32,000 nucleotides of DNA, from NCBI GenBank assembly GCA_026016245.1, contig CP061211.1, positions 390,001 to 422,000 on the forward strand, written 5' to 3'. The notes below the pieces were generated by a model. It saw only the letters and a list, made by a program, of their open reading frames with translations. It was not told the origin of the DNA and did no database searches. Numbering within the stretch: position 1 is the first letter of the stretch; every line of letters begins with the position of its first letter. The DNA comes from Candidatus Pacearchaeota archaeon (GTDB lineage: Archaea > Nanobdellota > Nanobdellia > Pacearchaeales > UBA284). A program made the translations under genes and the position numbers. Below are positions 16,001 through 23,065 of this stretch, piece after piece.

Positions 16001-19000
16001 CACTGATACTCTACAAATTGGAAATTATAGTGTTAGAATTTTTGCTAATGATACTAGCAATAATTGGAATACTACAGAAACAACATGGTTTTTTGTTCAA
16101 GTTATTCCAGGTTATGGAAATACAACAACGATAATAATACAGCCAGCAAATAATTCTATATTTAATTTAACTGATATATTTATCACAGAAGCTAATGTTA
16201 CAGCTGTTGGAGGAGATGTTGTAAATTGTAATGCAACAATAACCTTTTCAAATGGAAATGTATTAACAACTCCACAAGCAGTTAATGTTCTTGGAAATAT
16301 TGCTAATGGCACTACAAAAGTAACACAATGGAATGTTACTGCTGCAGCTGTCGGAAGTTCAGACATAACTATAACAACAACTTGTGAATTTGGTGGAAGT
16401 TCTTCAGATACTGTTTATAATATTACTGTTACTGAAGATACTGAGCCACCTGTTGTGATAATTGAAAGTCCTTTAAATATTACATATTCTGTAAATGATA
16501 TTTTAATTAACATAACTGCAACAGATGATAATGCTGTTGATCAAATATGGTTTAATTATAATGGCACTAATGTTACTTATACAGTACCATTTATTGAAAC
16601 ATTTGAAGATGGTTTTTATATAATGGATGCATGGGCAAATGACACAAGTGGAAATATTGGTAGTGATCAAGTCATGTTTACAGTAAATACAACAGCTCCA
16701 GCTGCAAACTGGATTGTTTTTAGTGAAGTACTTTATGATGCTGTTACACCTGAAGATGATAATGAATGGATAGAACTTTATAACCCAACTTCTCAAGATA
16801 TTGATATTTCTGGTTGGACAATACAAGATAATAATGGAACATGGGTAATACCTAATGGAACAATTATTGGTACAGGAAAATTTATAAGCATTGCAAGAAA
16901 TGGCACAGCTTATTATAATATGTATAGTTTAATTCCACATCTAGAAGGCTTAACTTTAAGGTTAGCTAATAGTGGTGATATCTTAAGACTTTATAATGCA
17001 AGTAATGAAATTGATATGGTATCGTGGGAAGACTTTATTGCTGGATGGCCAAATTATGCTAATGAAAATTTTTCAACACAAAGACAACCACCATGGCAAG
17101 ATACAAACACAAGTGCTGATTGGACAAATAATTCTATACCAACGCCTGTAGGAACAATTCTAAGCTTAGGAGTTGACATATGGGCCGACACATATTATCA
17201 AGAAATATTGCCAGGAATAAATGCAACTTATACTATTTTTGTAAATAATACTGGAACATCTCCAAATACTTTCAATCTTAGTGTTCAGAATTTGAATAAT
17301 GCAGACATTGCTGCTCTTGATATTTATCAAATGACTTTAAATGCTGGAGAAACTCAAAACACAACACTATATGTTTCTGATACCACCCCAGGGATTTATA
17401 ATGTAACTGTTACTGCAACTGATTCTGATAATTCTTCTGTATTTGATATAACAAATAACATTACAACAAATGTAACTGTCTTGCCTGATATGCCACCTTG
17501 GTATTTGAATGAACAAGTTAATCCTACAAGCCCTACTGTTTATGGTCCAGGACCTTATAATTTTACTATAGAATGGTTAGATAATGTTGCTGTTTATACT
17601 GTGATATTTGAATTTGATAACCAAAATTACACACCTAATTGTAATCCTGGATTGCCAACAGCAGACACAAACTGTAGTTATGTTTTTACTGACTTGGGTG
17701 TAGGAAATTACAACTATAGATGGTATGCTAATGATACAATTAATCAATGGAATTCAACTTTATCACTAGTTTATATTATTAATAAACAAACTTCAACCTG
17801 CTCATTATCCTTTGCCCCTCCTTCACCAATAACTTATGACCAACAGCCTTTCATTGCACTATGCTCTTGCACAAATCCTGAGGCTAATGCTGAATTATGG
17901 CGTGATGGTTTGAATGTAACAAATGAAAATAATTTACCTGTAACTCTAACTGCAAATCCTCCTGGTTATAATTATACATGTAATGTTACAGCAACTCAAA
18001 ATTATACAGGGGCAAGTGTTAATGCAATGTATATTATTAATCAAGCAACAAGTGAAGTTAATTTAACATTAAATGGAACAGATGGTGATATAACAGTAAA
18101 TGTTTCAGAAATTGTAAATATAACTTGCCATCTTATTATACCAACAACAGGTTATATTGAAGTTTATGATAATAGTATCTTAATAAATAATGGAAGTGCT
18201 CCTCTAGAAAACCTAACAAGTTACTCATCTGAAGGATTACATAATATAACTTGTGCTTATCCTTCAACACAAAATTATACAGCAAGCAGTGAAACACACT
18301 GGATTAACGTAACTTCTGTTATGTTGCCAGGAGAAGTTCATTTATGGTTGAATGGAACAGAAGGAAATTTAACTATAACCTATAATAATGAAAATTTGAA
18401 ATTTAATGCTTCAACTCCTTATGGAAATGTTAGTATTAGAAGAAATGGAACTCTTATAGCTGGTCCTGCTGCTAACTATGTAGAAGTTTTTGAAAACTTG
18501 CCTGCAGGTTACTATAATTTTACTGCTTATAGCACAGGAGACGAGAACCACAGTTCAGCTTCAGTAACATATTTTTTAACAATCAATAAATTAAATTCAT
18601 CTCTAACCTTATTATTAAATGATCAGAATAATGATATAACAATTATAGAAGGAGAGAATGTTAATCATACTGGTATGCTTAATATACCAACAACAGGTGA
18701 TTTAAGCTTGTTAAGAAATGGAACCCAATTTGCTTTTGGTCCAAGTCCTTTAATTGATATCTCCATATACAACAATCCTGGTTATTATAATATTACATCT
18801 TATTATGCTGGTAATGAAAACTATAGTGAAGGAAGTGCTACACATTTCATTACAGTTCTTGAGGCTATACATGATATCAGTGTTGATTCCATAGAATTGA
18901 TTAAGGAAGTTAATGGAACAAATAAAAGCATTTCAAGTTCAACTGTATGGCTTTATGATATTGTTTATGTGAAAGCCAATGTAAGTAATGTTGGTAATCA

Positions 19001-19538
19001 GAATGAAACAAATATTAATGTTACACTTGAGGATAATTCAGTTCCTGTAGATTGGCAGCTAATTAACTTGGATGTTGGTCAGACCCAAGAAGTAACTTTG
19101 TTATGGAATGTAAATAATGATGGATGGCGTACTGTCAAAGTAAAGAGCTTGCCTGTTCCTGGTGAAACAAATTTAGCAAATAACGAACAAAGTCAAGATA
19201 TTAGAGTTTGGAAAGTTTGTGATGTTATTGACTGTTCAATATTTAGACCAATAACTAATCAATCAAATTATACTCTAGGAACACTATTTATTGTAAGAAC
19301 ACCTCTACAAAACCTATGGGCTACTCTATCATTCTATGACCTAAAAGTTGAGTTAGAAGTAAGTCCAGGTCTAACAATATTACCAACATGGCCAGCTGTT
19401 CAGTGGTATGATTTAGCTCCTGGTGAATTTAAGATAACATACTGGAATGTCACAAGCACAACAACTGGAAGCAAGACACTAACAAGCTGGGCTGGAAATC
19501 ATGAATTTGGAAATAGCACTCAAATAATAATCACATAA
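13083..19538 (+). CDS. Giant (2151 aa) multi-domain surface protein: N-terminal signal/anchor, PKD-like Ig domain, three copies of a Cys-containing ~84-aa module, many Ig-like repeats, an internal lamin-tail domain and a CARDB-like domain; extremely rich in N-x-S/T sequons
   Basis: N-terminus MNKKARLILNLIPIFILIPLLLGSFVV. PKD-like segment ...LHFEVWAHDPNNDPLFYTWKLDGQEV...VYDNKGGTV (about 13530..13794). Repeated domain-start motifs DTEPPVVTL, NQPPVVTLL and DTEPPVVII. LTD at 16704..17033. CARDB-like segment IHDISVDSIELIK...NVSNVGNQNETNINVTL...PGETNLANNEQSQDIRV (about 18866..19212). My manual count gives about 120 N-x-S/T sequons. Confidence 0.9.
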   Translation: MNKKARLILNLIPIFILIPLLLGSFVVPNDISEGFYESKIINSVKEELDIIDPPPTLQFFSDTQHTNTTAVLTAIATDYLENAGIRWIKIYEDGQEWEYKDCGGQTTCTFVKVKVETQPANHTYYAETKDLGNHVVQSDPITIWFEGLNQLPIIDDYVPQDLTPEINEGETLHFEVWAHDPNNDPLFYTWKLDGQEVSTISSYDYNPDYNASGLHDVYVIVYDNKGGTVTLVWNVTVINVLLNTTCYLNFDPTSPITYSTPLNASCYCTNPEAPERLWRNNINIDNENNVFVIIEAGTHNYTCNVTQTPNYQGASNSSLYVINPVDHNIRLTLDGQENDLAVPYNSTTNATGWLEITQGASNALLYRDFQVVASGSPATEIALLGVDLYNYTYYYPASQNYTEQSLTRWLNVTQGISSCTLNFVPPSPITYDQQPFIASCSCTNPEAGAELWRDGVNVTNENNLPITLVVNPAGYNYVCNVTATQNYTGASTSALYVINQATTILTLTAQPSWNVTYGIQTNVSCSANNNEVTINLYRNGQIVNNPDIATLGAGNYNYVCNTTGSQNWTAASVNNILNVNQAASIVDLRLNGIDNNITVNISELVNMTGRLIIPSNPNPQQQPIIDGIGHNEPETDAIPLPRQGLYEIYLYLDIQLINIGNHTVTNVTSFNQTGIHNVTVIYPGSQNFSSSYETHWINVSGVGDTEPPVVTLIFPPNSSTTSENVTVIYNVTDNIDVLLDCNIWSDTSGIWQIDGSQQTANATNGNWNYVNLVNGIYTWNIECIDDSANSAFAIENWTFIVNVSVNQPPVVTLLSPANGSVINTTNNVTAEFGVVDELLLINCTLWHNITGSWLPNQSQMAMTGVVNSFDITEIPNDYYIWNVECNDTEYSVFAPDNWTFTINYTGDLIPPDVWNVSANPQVINQSDSTQIEAFARDNVAIDTVLAQVTYPDLTQNNFTMIPGMVVFQYLYNFTDTLQIGNYSVRIFANDTSNNWNTTETTWFFVQVIPGYGNTTTIIIQPANNSIFNLTDIFITEANVTAVGGDVVNCNATITFSNGNVLTTPQAVNVLGNIANGTTKVTQWNVTAAAVGSSDITITTTCEFGGSSSDTVYNITVTEDTEPPVVIIESPLNITYSVNDILINITATDDNAVDQIWFNYNGTNVTYTVPFIETFEDGFYIMDAWANDTSGNIGSDQVMFTVNTTAPAANWIVFSEVLYDAVTPEDDNEWIELYNPTSQDIDISGWTIQDNNGTWVIPNGTIIGTGKFISIARNGTAYYNMYSLIPHLEGLTLRLANSGDILRLYNASNEIDMVSWEDFIAGWPNYANENFSTQRQPPWQDTNTSADWTNNSIPTPVGTILSLGVDIWADTYYQEILPGINATYTIFVNNTGTSPNTFNLSVQNLNNADIAALDIYQMTLNAGETQNTTLYVSDTTPGIYNVTVTATDSDNSSVFDITNNITTNVTVLPDMPPWYLNEQVNPTSPTVYGPGPYNFTIEWLDNVAVYTVIFEFDNQNYTPNCNPGLPTADTNCSYVFTDLGVGNYNYRWYANDTINQWNSTLSLVYIINKQTSTCSLSFAPPSPITYDQQPFIALCSCTNPEANAELWRDGLNVTNENNLPVTLTANPPGYNYTCNVTATQNYTGASVNAMYIINQATSEVNLTLNGTDGDITVNVSEIVNITCHLIIPTTGYIEVYDNSILINNGSAPLENLTSYSSEGLHNITCAYPSTQNYTASSETHWINVTSVMLPGEVHLWLNGTEGNLTITYNNENLKFNASTPYGNVSIRRNGTLIAGPAANYVEVFENLPAGYYNFTAYSTGDENHSSASVTYFLTINKLNSSLTLLLNDQNNDITIIEGENVNHTGMLNIPTTGDLSLLRNGTQFAFGPSPLIDISIYNNPGYYNITSYYAGNENYSEGSATHFITVLEAIHDISVDSIELIKEVNGTNKSISSSTVWLYDIVYVKANVSNVGNQNETNINVTLEDNSVPVDWQLINLDVGQTQEVTLLWNVNNDGWRTVKVKSLPVPGETNLANNEQSQDIRVWKVCDVIDCSIFRPITNQSNYTLGTLFIVRTPLQNLWATLSFYDLKVELEVSPGLTILPTWPAVQWYDLAPGEFKITYWNVTSTTTGSKTLTSWAGNHEFGNSTQIIIT
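13818..14057 (+). repeat. Copy 1 (most divergent) of an intragenic Cys-containing module
   Basis: CYLNFDPTSPITYSTPLNASCYCTNPEAPERLWRNNINIDNENNVFVIIEAGTHNYTCNVTQTPNYQGASNSSLYVINPV aligns by eye with copies 2 and 3. Confidence 0.7.
14337..14588 (+). repeat. Copy 2 of the intragenic Cys-containing module
   Basis: CTLNFVPPSPITYDQQPFIASCSCTNPEAGAELWRDGVNVTNENNLPITLVVNPAGYNYVCNVTATQNYTGASTSALYVINQAT. By my alignment it differs from copy 3 at about 15 of 84 residues. Confidence 0.8.
16704..17033 (+). other. Lamin-tail domain (LTD) embedded in the giant protein
   Basis: ANWIVFSEVLYDAVTPEDDNEWIELYNPTSQDIDISGWTIQDNNGTWVIPNGTIIGTGKFISIARNG...LANSGDILRLYNASNEIDMVSWED matches the prokaryotic LTD consensus (..INEV....EWIELYNP....DLSGW.L.D............L.N.GD.L.L.........D.V.W). 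Confidence 0.75.
17799..18050 (+). repeat. Copy 3 of the intragenic Cys-containing module
   Basis: CSLSFAPPSPITYDQQPFIALCSCTNPEANAELWRDGLNVTNENNLPVTLTANPPGYNYTCNVTATQNYTGASVNAMYIINQAT. The flanking Ig-like segment (VNLTLNGTDGDITVNVSEIVNITCHLIIPT...SSETHWINVTS) also matches the segment after copy 2 (VDLRLNGIDNNITVNISELVNMTGRLIIPS...SYETHWINVSG). Confidence 0.8.
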
Positions 19539-19539
19539 A

Positions 19540-21264
19540 ATGGAAAGTAAAATTAAAGTAAAATTGATAGTGATTGCATTTTTGATAGCTGTGATTATAA
19601 CAATCATGACAGCTTTTGGACAGGCAGTAGAATGTGGAGGTAATAAAGACATAACATATGCGCCTGGAAATTTATCAGTTGGACAATTATTTGATTTAAG
19701 ATATATTGATTATAATGGAGGAGTTGGTCAACAAGTATGGCTTAACTGGACACCAGCTGGCTTAAGCATAGTTTCAGGAAATAATCCAGCTACTTTACCT
19801 GATTTTGGTATGGGTGAGGGATACTATGTATGGCAGATGAATTCAACAAGTCCAGGAAATTATACTATTCAAGTTATTGTTGAATATGAAGCAAACTGTA
19901 CTGTTACAAGAAATATAAGTATTCAAGGGAGTGTTGATCCACCAAACATTCAATTAAATTATCCATTACTTCCAGCAAACATAGTTGCTAAACAAAACAG
20001 TCTGATAAATTTACAAATAAGCAATATAGGAACAGACACAGCTTATGATGTTGATGGCTATACAACTCTAACAGCTGAAGGCATGATTGATAATTTCTTC
20101 TACACAACAATAATTCCTGGAGATACGCAACCAAGACAATTTAATGTTAATACTGATTACTGTGGTGTTCAAGTTTTAGAAACAAATGCAGATTACAAAG
20201 ATAGTGCAGGTTATCCTTACCAGCCTAGCCATACAAATGCTGATCTTAATATTCTAGGTTCAGATCTTGGAATAGATATTTTCACTGTTTCAGATAATAA
20301 TGTAAATAATGGCGAGCTTGTTACATTTAATGTTACTATAACTAATATCAACAGAAATACCTCAATAAATGCATCTAATGTTGTTGTAAGAATCTATAGA
20401 GGAAATCTTTTAGTGAGGACAAAAAATATTGGGAATGTTGCTGTAGATTCAACAGTAAGTGCTTCAGAAACATGGGCTGCAGCTGGGGATGGAACTTACA
20501 CAATGAGGGCTGTTGTTGATTCTGATCAAGAATGTTCTAACTGGGATAATAATAAAGCTACTTTACAAATGACAATCACCTCTGGTGGCGGAGGTGGAGG
20601 AGGTGGCGGTGGCGGAGGTGGCGGTGGAGCGCCAGCTCCAGTATGCGGAAATGGAATTTGTGAATGGGGTGAAACCTACTATAATTGCCCTGAAGATTGT
20701 AAAGCACCAGCTGAAGAAGAAGAGGAAGAGGAAGGACCTGTCACTTGTGAGGGAATTTTAATTGTAGAGAGTAATGATGGGATGGCTTCCCTTGTTATTC
20801 CAGACTGTTCAGAAATTAGATTACAAGGCAGTAAGATAAGTAATCCTCAAAATACAATTAGCATAAGAGCTGCAGGAATGATGCCTACCCTGCCAGCAAA
20901 CATGATGCTAGTTAGAGGATATGACTTTTTGCCTTCAGGAATAACTTTTGACCCAGATGCTGAAGTAAGAATAAGATATCATGAAGATGAAGCAAAAGGA
21001 AGGCTTTTCATTATTATGTATGATGAATCTTTAGGAAAATGGGCCACTCTAAGCAGTATAGATGATAAAAGTGTTCATGAGGTTAGTGCAAAAATAGGCC
21101 ATTTCACAAAAATTGGATTAGCAACAAGTTATCTTCCAAGTCTAACAGGATTAGCATTCCTTGATGATGCTCTTTACTTCATTAATGATAATTGGTGGTT
21201 TATTCCTTTAGTTATTGTGGTAGTATTTGCTCTATGGATTATTACTAAGATTTTGAGGAAGTAA
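19540..21264 (+). CDS. Membrane-anchored surface protein with CARDB-like domains, a Gly15 linker, a CGNGICE..CPEDC mini-module, a Glu7 tract and a C-terminal TM anchor
   Basis: Its ATG lies 1 nt after the giant gene's TAA (taaAatg). N-terminus MESKIKVKLIVIAFLIAVIITIMTAFGQA. CARDB-like segment LGIDIFTVSDNNVNNGELVTFNVTITNINRN...AVVDSDQECSNWDNNKATLQMTI. Fifteen GGN codons at 20584..20628, CGNGICEWGETYYNCPEDC at 20644..20700, and seven Glu codons at 20714..20734. Anchor WWFIPLVIVVVFALWIITKILRK. Confidence 0.85.
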   Translation: MESKIKVKLIVIAFLIAVIITIMTAFGQAVECGGNKDITYAPGNLSVGQLFDLRYIDYNGGVGQQVWLNWTPAGLSIVSGNNPATLPDFGMGEGYYVWQMNSTSPGNYTIQVIVEYEANCTVTRNISIQGSVDPPNIQLNYPLLPANIVAKQNSLINLQISNIGTDTAYDVDGYTTLTAEGMIDNFFYTTIIPGDTQPRQFNVNTDYCGVQVLETNADYKDSAGYPYQPSHTNADLNILGSDLGIDIFTVSDNNVNNGELVTFNVTITNINRNTSINASNVVVRIYRGNLLVRTKNIGNVAVDSTVSASETWAAAGDGTYTMRAVVDSDQECSNWDNNKATLQMTITSGGGGGGGGGGGGGGGAPAPVCGNGICEWGETYYNCPEDCKAPAEEEEEEEGPVTCEGILIVESNDGMASLVIPDCSEIRLQGSKISNPQNTISIRAAGMMPTLPANMMLVRGYDFLPSGITFDPDAEVRIRYHEDEAKGRLFIIMYDESLGKWATLSSIDDKSVHEVSAKIGHFTKIGLATSYLPSLTGLAFLDDALYFINDNWWFIPLVIVVVFALWIITKILRK

Positions 21265-22318
21265 GGTGGGGGAGCAACATTATTGATTTTTTCATTTCTT
21301 TATATGGAACTAATGCTCTTTTTCTTTTCCTTTTTGATCTTTCTAAACTAACCCCATACAAAAAAGTTTTAACATCTATATTTTCTCCAGTAATCTTCTT
21401 ATGATAATCTAAAATTTTCTTAATCTCCTCTTTTCTTTTTGAGCGATTGACAAGAGCACTCATAATTTTTGATCCATAGAGTCTTGAATACCCCCAACCA
21501 CATAACTTATTTGTTTTACAAATTTCATATGAATTTTCTCCCCTGGATAATCCTTTAATAAAACAAGGAACTGTTTCATGAATAGCTTTCTCAATTTTTC
21601 TATCTAATCTTTCTCTGAAGAAATCTTTCTCTTCTTCAGGATATCTTTTTTTAATTATTTCTTCCTTTGACCTTCCTGCCATCACATCAACAGCAACAGA
21701 TAGTATGACTGACCAATCATAATGAAATAAGGTTTGCGCTATCTTTTTCATAGTTTTAGAAGAATCCAGATAATGATTTTGCATTTCAGAAACAAGATTA
21801 TCTTTCTGATATTTCCAATCTACCTTAAATCCATATGTAGAATTGCAAGATATCATTATTCCTGATTTGTGTTCTGATTTTAGATTAAAAAATTTGTGTA
21901 GAAAGTCATCTAGAGAGAATTCTCTTTTTTTCGGATTAACCAATGGTGCAGAACTTATAGAGGCCCGACTATAAGCATACTCTGAAGGAGGATTTATTGT
22001 TATTATCTTGTAGCCTCCTCTGATAAAATTTTTTGATAAAATATTTTCATCAATTATCAATTCTAAAACTATAGGAATGTGTCTTGTCTTTTCTTCAAAA
22101 AAATAGGTTTCTCCTTTATGACGTAAAATTACAGTTAAGTCTTTATAACAAAAGCGATGAATAAAGGAAACCATATCTATTGCAACACCAACTAATTTTG
22201 CTTCTGGAGAAACCCTTACTTTAGTGTGGCCATCTTCTACTAAAGATTGGAAAATGGGTAAAGCATAATCAAAAACAAGTTTAGGCCTATCTATAATATA
22301 TTCTTTTACTTCCCTCAT
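21245..22318 (-). CDS. Hypothetical protein (357 aa) with a basic C-terminal region; no recognisable family
   Basis: The ORF-track start at 22330 is TTG. The ATG at 22318..22316 (MREVKEY...) lies 1 nt after the stop of the upstream gene 22320..23012, so I call that start. The stop is TAG, and the 3' end overlaps convergent gene 19540..21264 by 20 nt. The C-terminus contains SLERSKRKRKRALVPYKEMKK. Confidence 0.6.
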   Translation of the reverse strand: MREVKEYIIDRPKLVFDYALPIFQSLVEDGHTKVRVSPEAKLVGVAIDMVSFIHRFCYKDLTVILRHKGETYFFEEKTRHIPIVLELIIDENILSKNFIRGGYKIITINPPSEYAYSRASISSAPLVNPKKREFSLDDFLHKFFNLKSEHKSGIMISCNSTYGFKVDWKYQKDNLVSEMQNHYLDSSKTMKKIAQTLFHYDWSVILSVAVDVMAGRSKEEIIKKRYPEEEKDFFRERLDRKIEKAIHETVPCFIKGLSRGENSYEICKTNKLCGWGYSRLYGSKIMSALVNRSKRKEEIKKILDYHKKITGENIDVKTFLYGVSLERSKRKRKRALVPYKEMKKSIMLLPHLTSSKS

Positions 22319-22319
22319 T

Positions 22320-23012
22320 TTATTTTTCAACAGTATCTATTAAATCTTTGAAATATTCCTTTAAATCTTCATGTTCTTTTTTTAAAGCATTATATTTTTT
22401 TTCCAATTCTTGATATTCTTCTTTAGGTACAATTTCCTTGACTTGCTCTGAAATTCCTGTTATATCCATCAGCTCTTCTTTTCTTTTTTCTTCAAGAATT
22501 TCTGCAGGGGTAGAAACTTCATCTAATATTTTTTTAATTCCTTTTTTCTCTTCTTTAGTTGATTTTTTTCCTTTTCTTATCCTTAATCCTAACCAAATTT
22601 CTCTCAAATTTCTTACATCAATATTTAGATTAGGATATTTTTCTCTAATTAATTGCATGTATCTAAATGGAAATTCTGAATCTTTTTCGTCATATTTAAT
22701 CAGACCCACACCATGATCTCTTATTTCTTCAATTTTCTCATTTTCTTCTTCATAATATCCAATTAAAGGAATTGTATATAGGATTCCTAATTTTCTACTT
22801 AATTTTTCTAGAATATTTTTTGAAACAAGACCATAAAAATGAGGCACATTGGAATTGCCTATAATTAAGTCTATATCTTTTTTTTCTTTATAAAATCTAA
22901 CCACAAAATCTAAAGCCTTACCAGGAGAATCAACAGGAATAACTCTCTCCCTATGAATTATATCACAGAGTTTTTTTGTTTTTTCTTTATCAGGCTCTAT
23001 TAAAATAATCAT
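22320..23012 (-). CDS. Receiver(REC)-like domain protein lacking the canonical phospho-acceptor Asp, with a C-terminal Lys/Glu-rich coiled coil
   Basis: MIILIEPDKEKTKKLCDII..VIPVDSPGKALDFV...DIDLIIGNSNVP...TIPLIGYY...GVGLIKYD follows the CheY-like beta1-to-beta5 spacing. However, it has EPD in place of DD and LIIGNSNVP where the acceptor motif D..MP is expected. The tail EEYQELEKKYNALKKEHEDLKEYFKDLIDTVEK looks like a coiled coil. Confidence 0.45.
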   Translation of the reverse strand: MIILIEPDKEKTKKLCDIIHRERVIPVDSPGKALDFVVRFYKEKKDIDLIIGNSNVPHFYGLVSKNILEKLSRKLGILYTIPLIGYYEEENEKIEEIRDHGVGLIKYDEKDSEFPFRYMQLIREKYPNLNIDVRNLREIWLGLRIRKGKKSTKEEKKGIKKILDEVSTPAEILEEKRKEELMDITGISEQVKEIVPKEEYQELEKKYNALKKEHEDLKEYFKDLIDTVEK

Positions 23013-23031
23013 ATAAAAAAATAAGGAAAAC

Positions 23032-23045
23032 TAGTATATAAGTTT
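23032..23045 (-). promoter_or_regulatory. TATA-like box for gene 22320..23012
   Basis: The + strand reads tagtatataagttt (minus strand cttatata), centred about 26 nt upstream of the ATG at 23012, inside the only sizeable gap (53 nt) of this minus-strand cluster. Confidence 0.4.
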
Positions 23046-23065
23046 TGTTATTTTAGAGTGATTAA

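Noticed and set aside
13818-18050. The repeated modules as template/variable repeats of a diversity-generating retroelement, since DGRs are known in DPANN
   Set aside because: Differences between copies are spread over all four bases and many are synonymous third-position changes. They are not adenine-specific. No reverse transcriptase ORF is present anywhere in the window.
20584-20628. The Gly15-coding GC-rich tract as a slippage-prone phase-variation switch or G-quadruplex
   Set aside because: The tract is a non-periodic mix of ggt, ggc and gga codons and not a homopolymer or perfect short tandem repeat. The longest G runs are only 2 nt. Length variation would also stay in frame only in multiples of 3.
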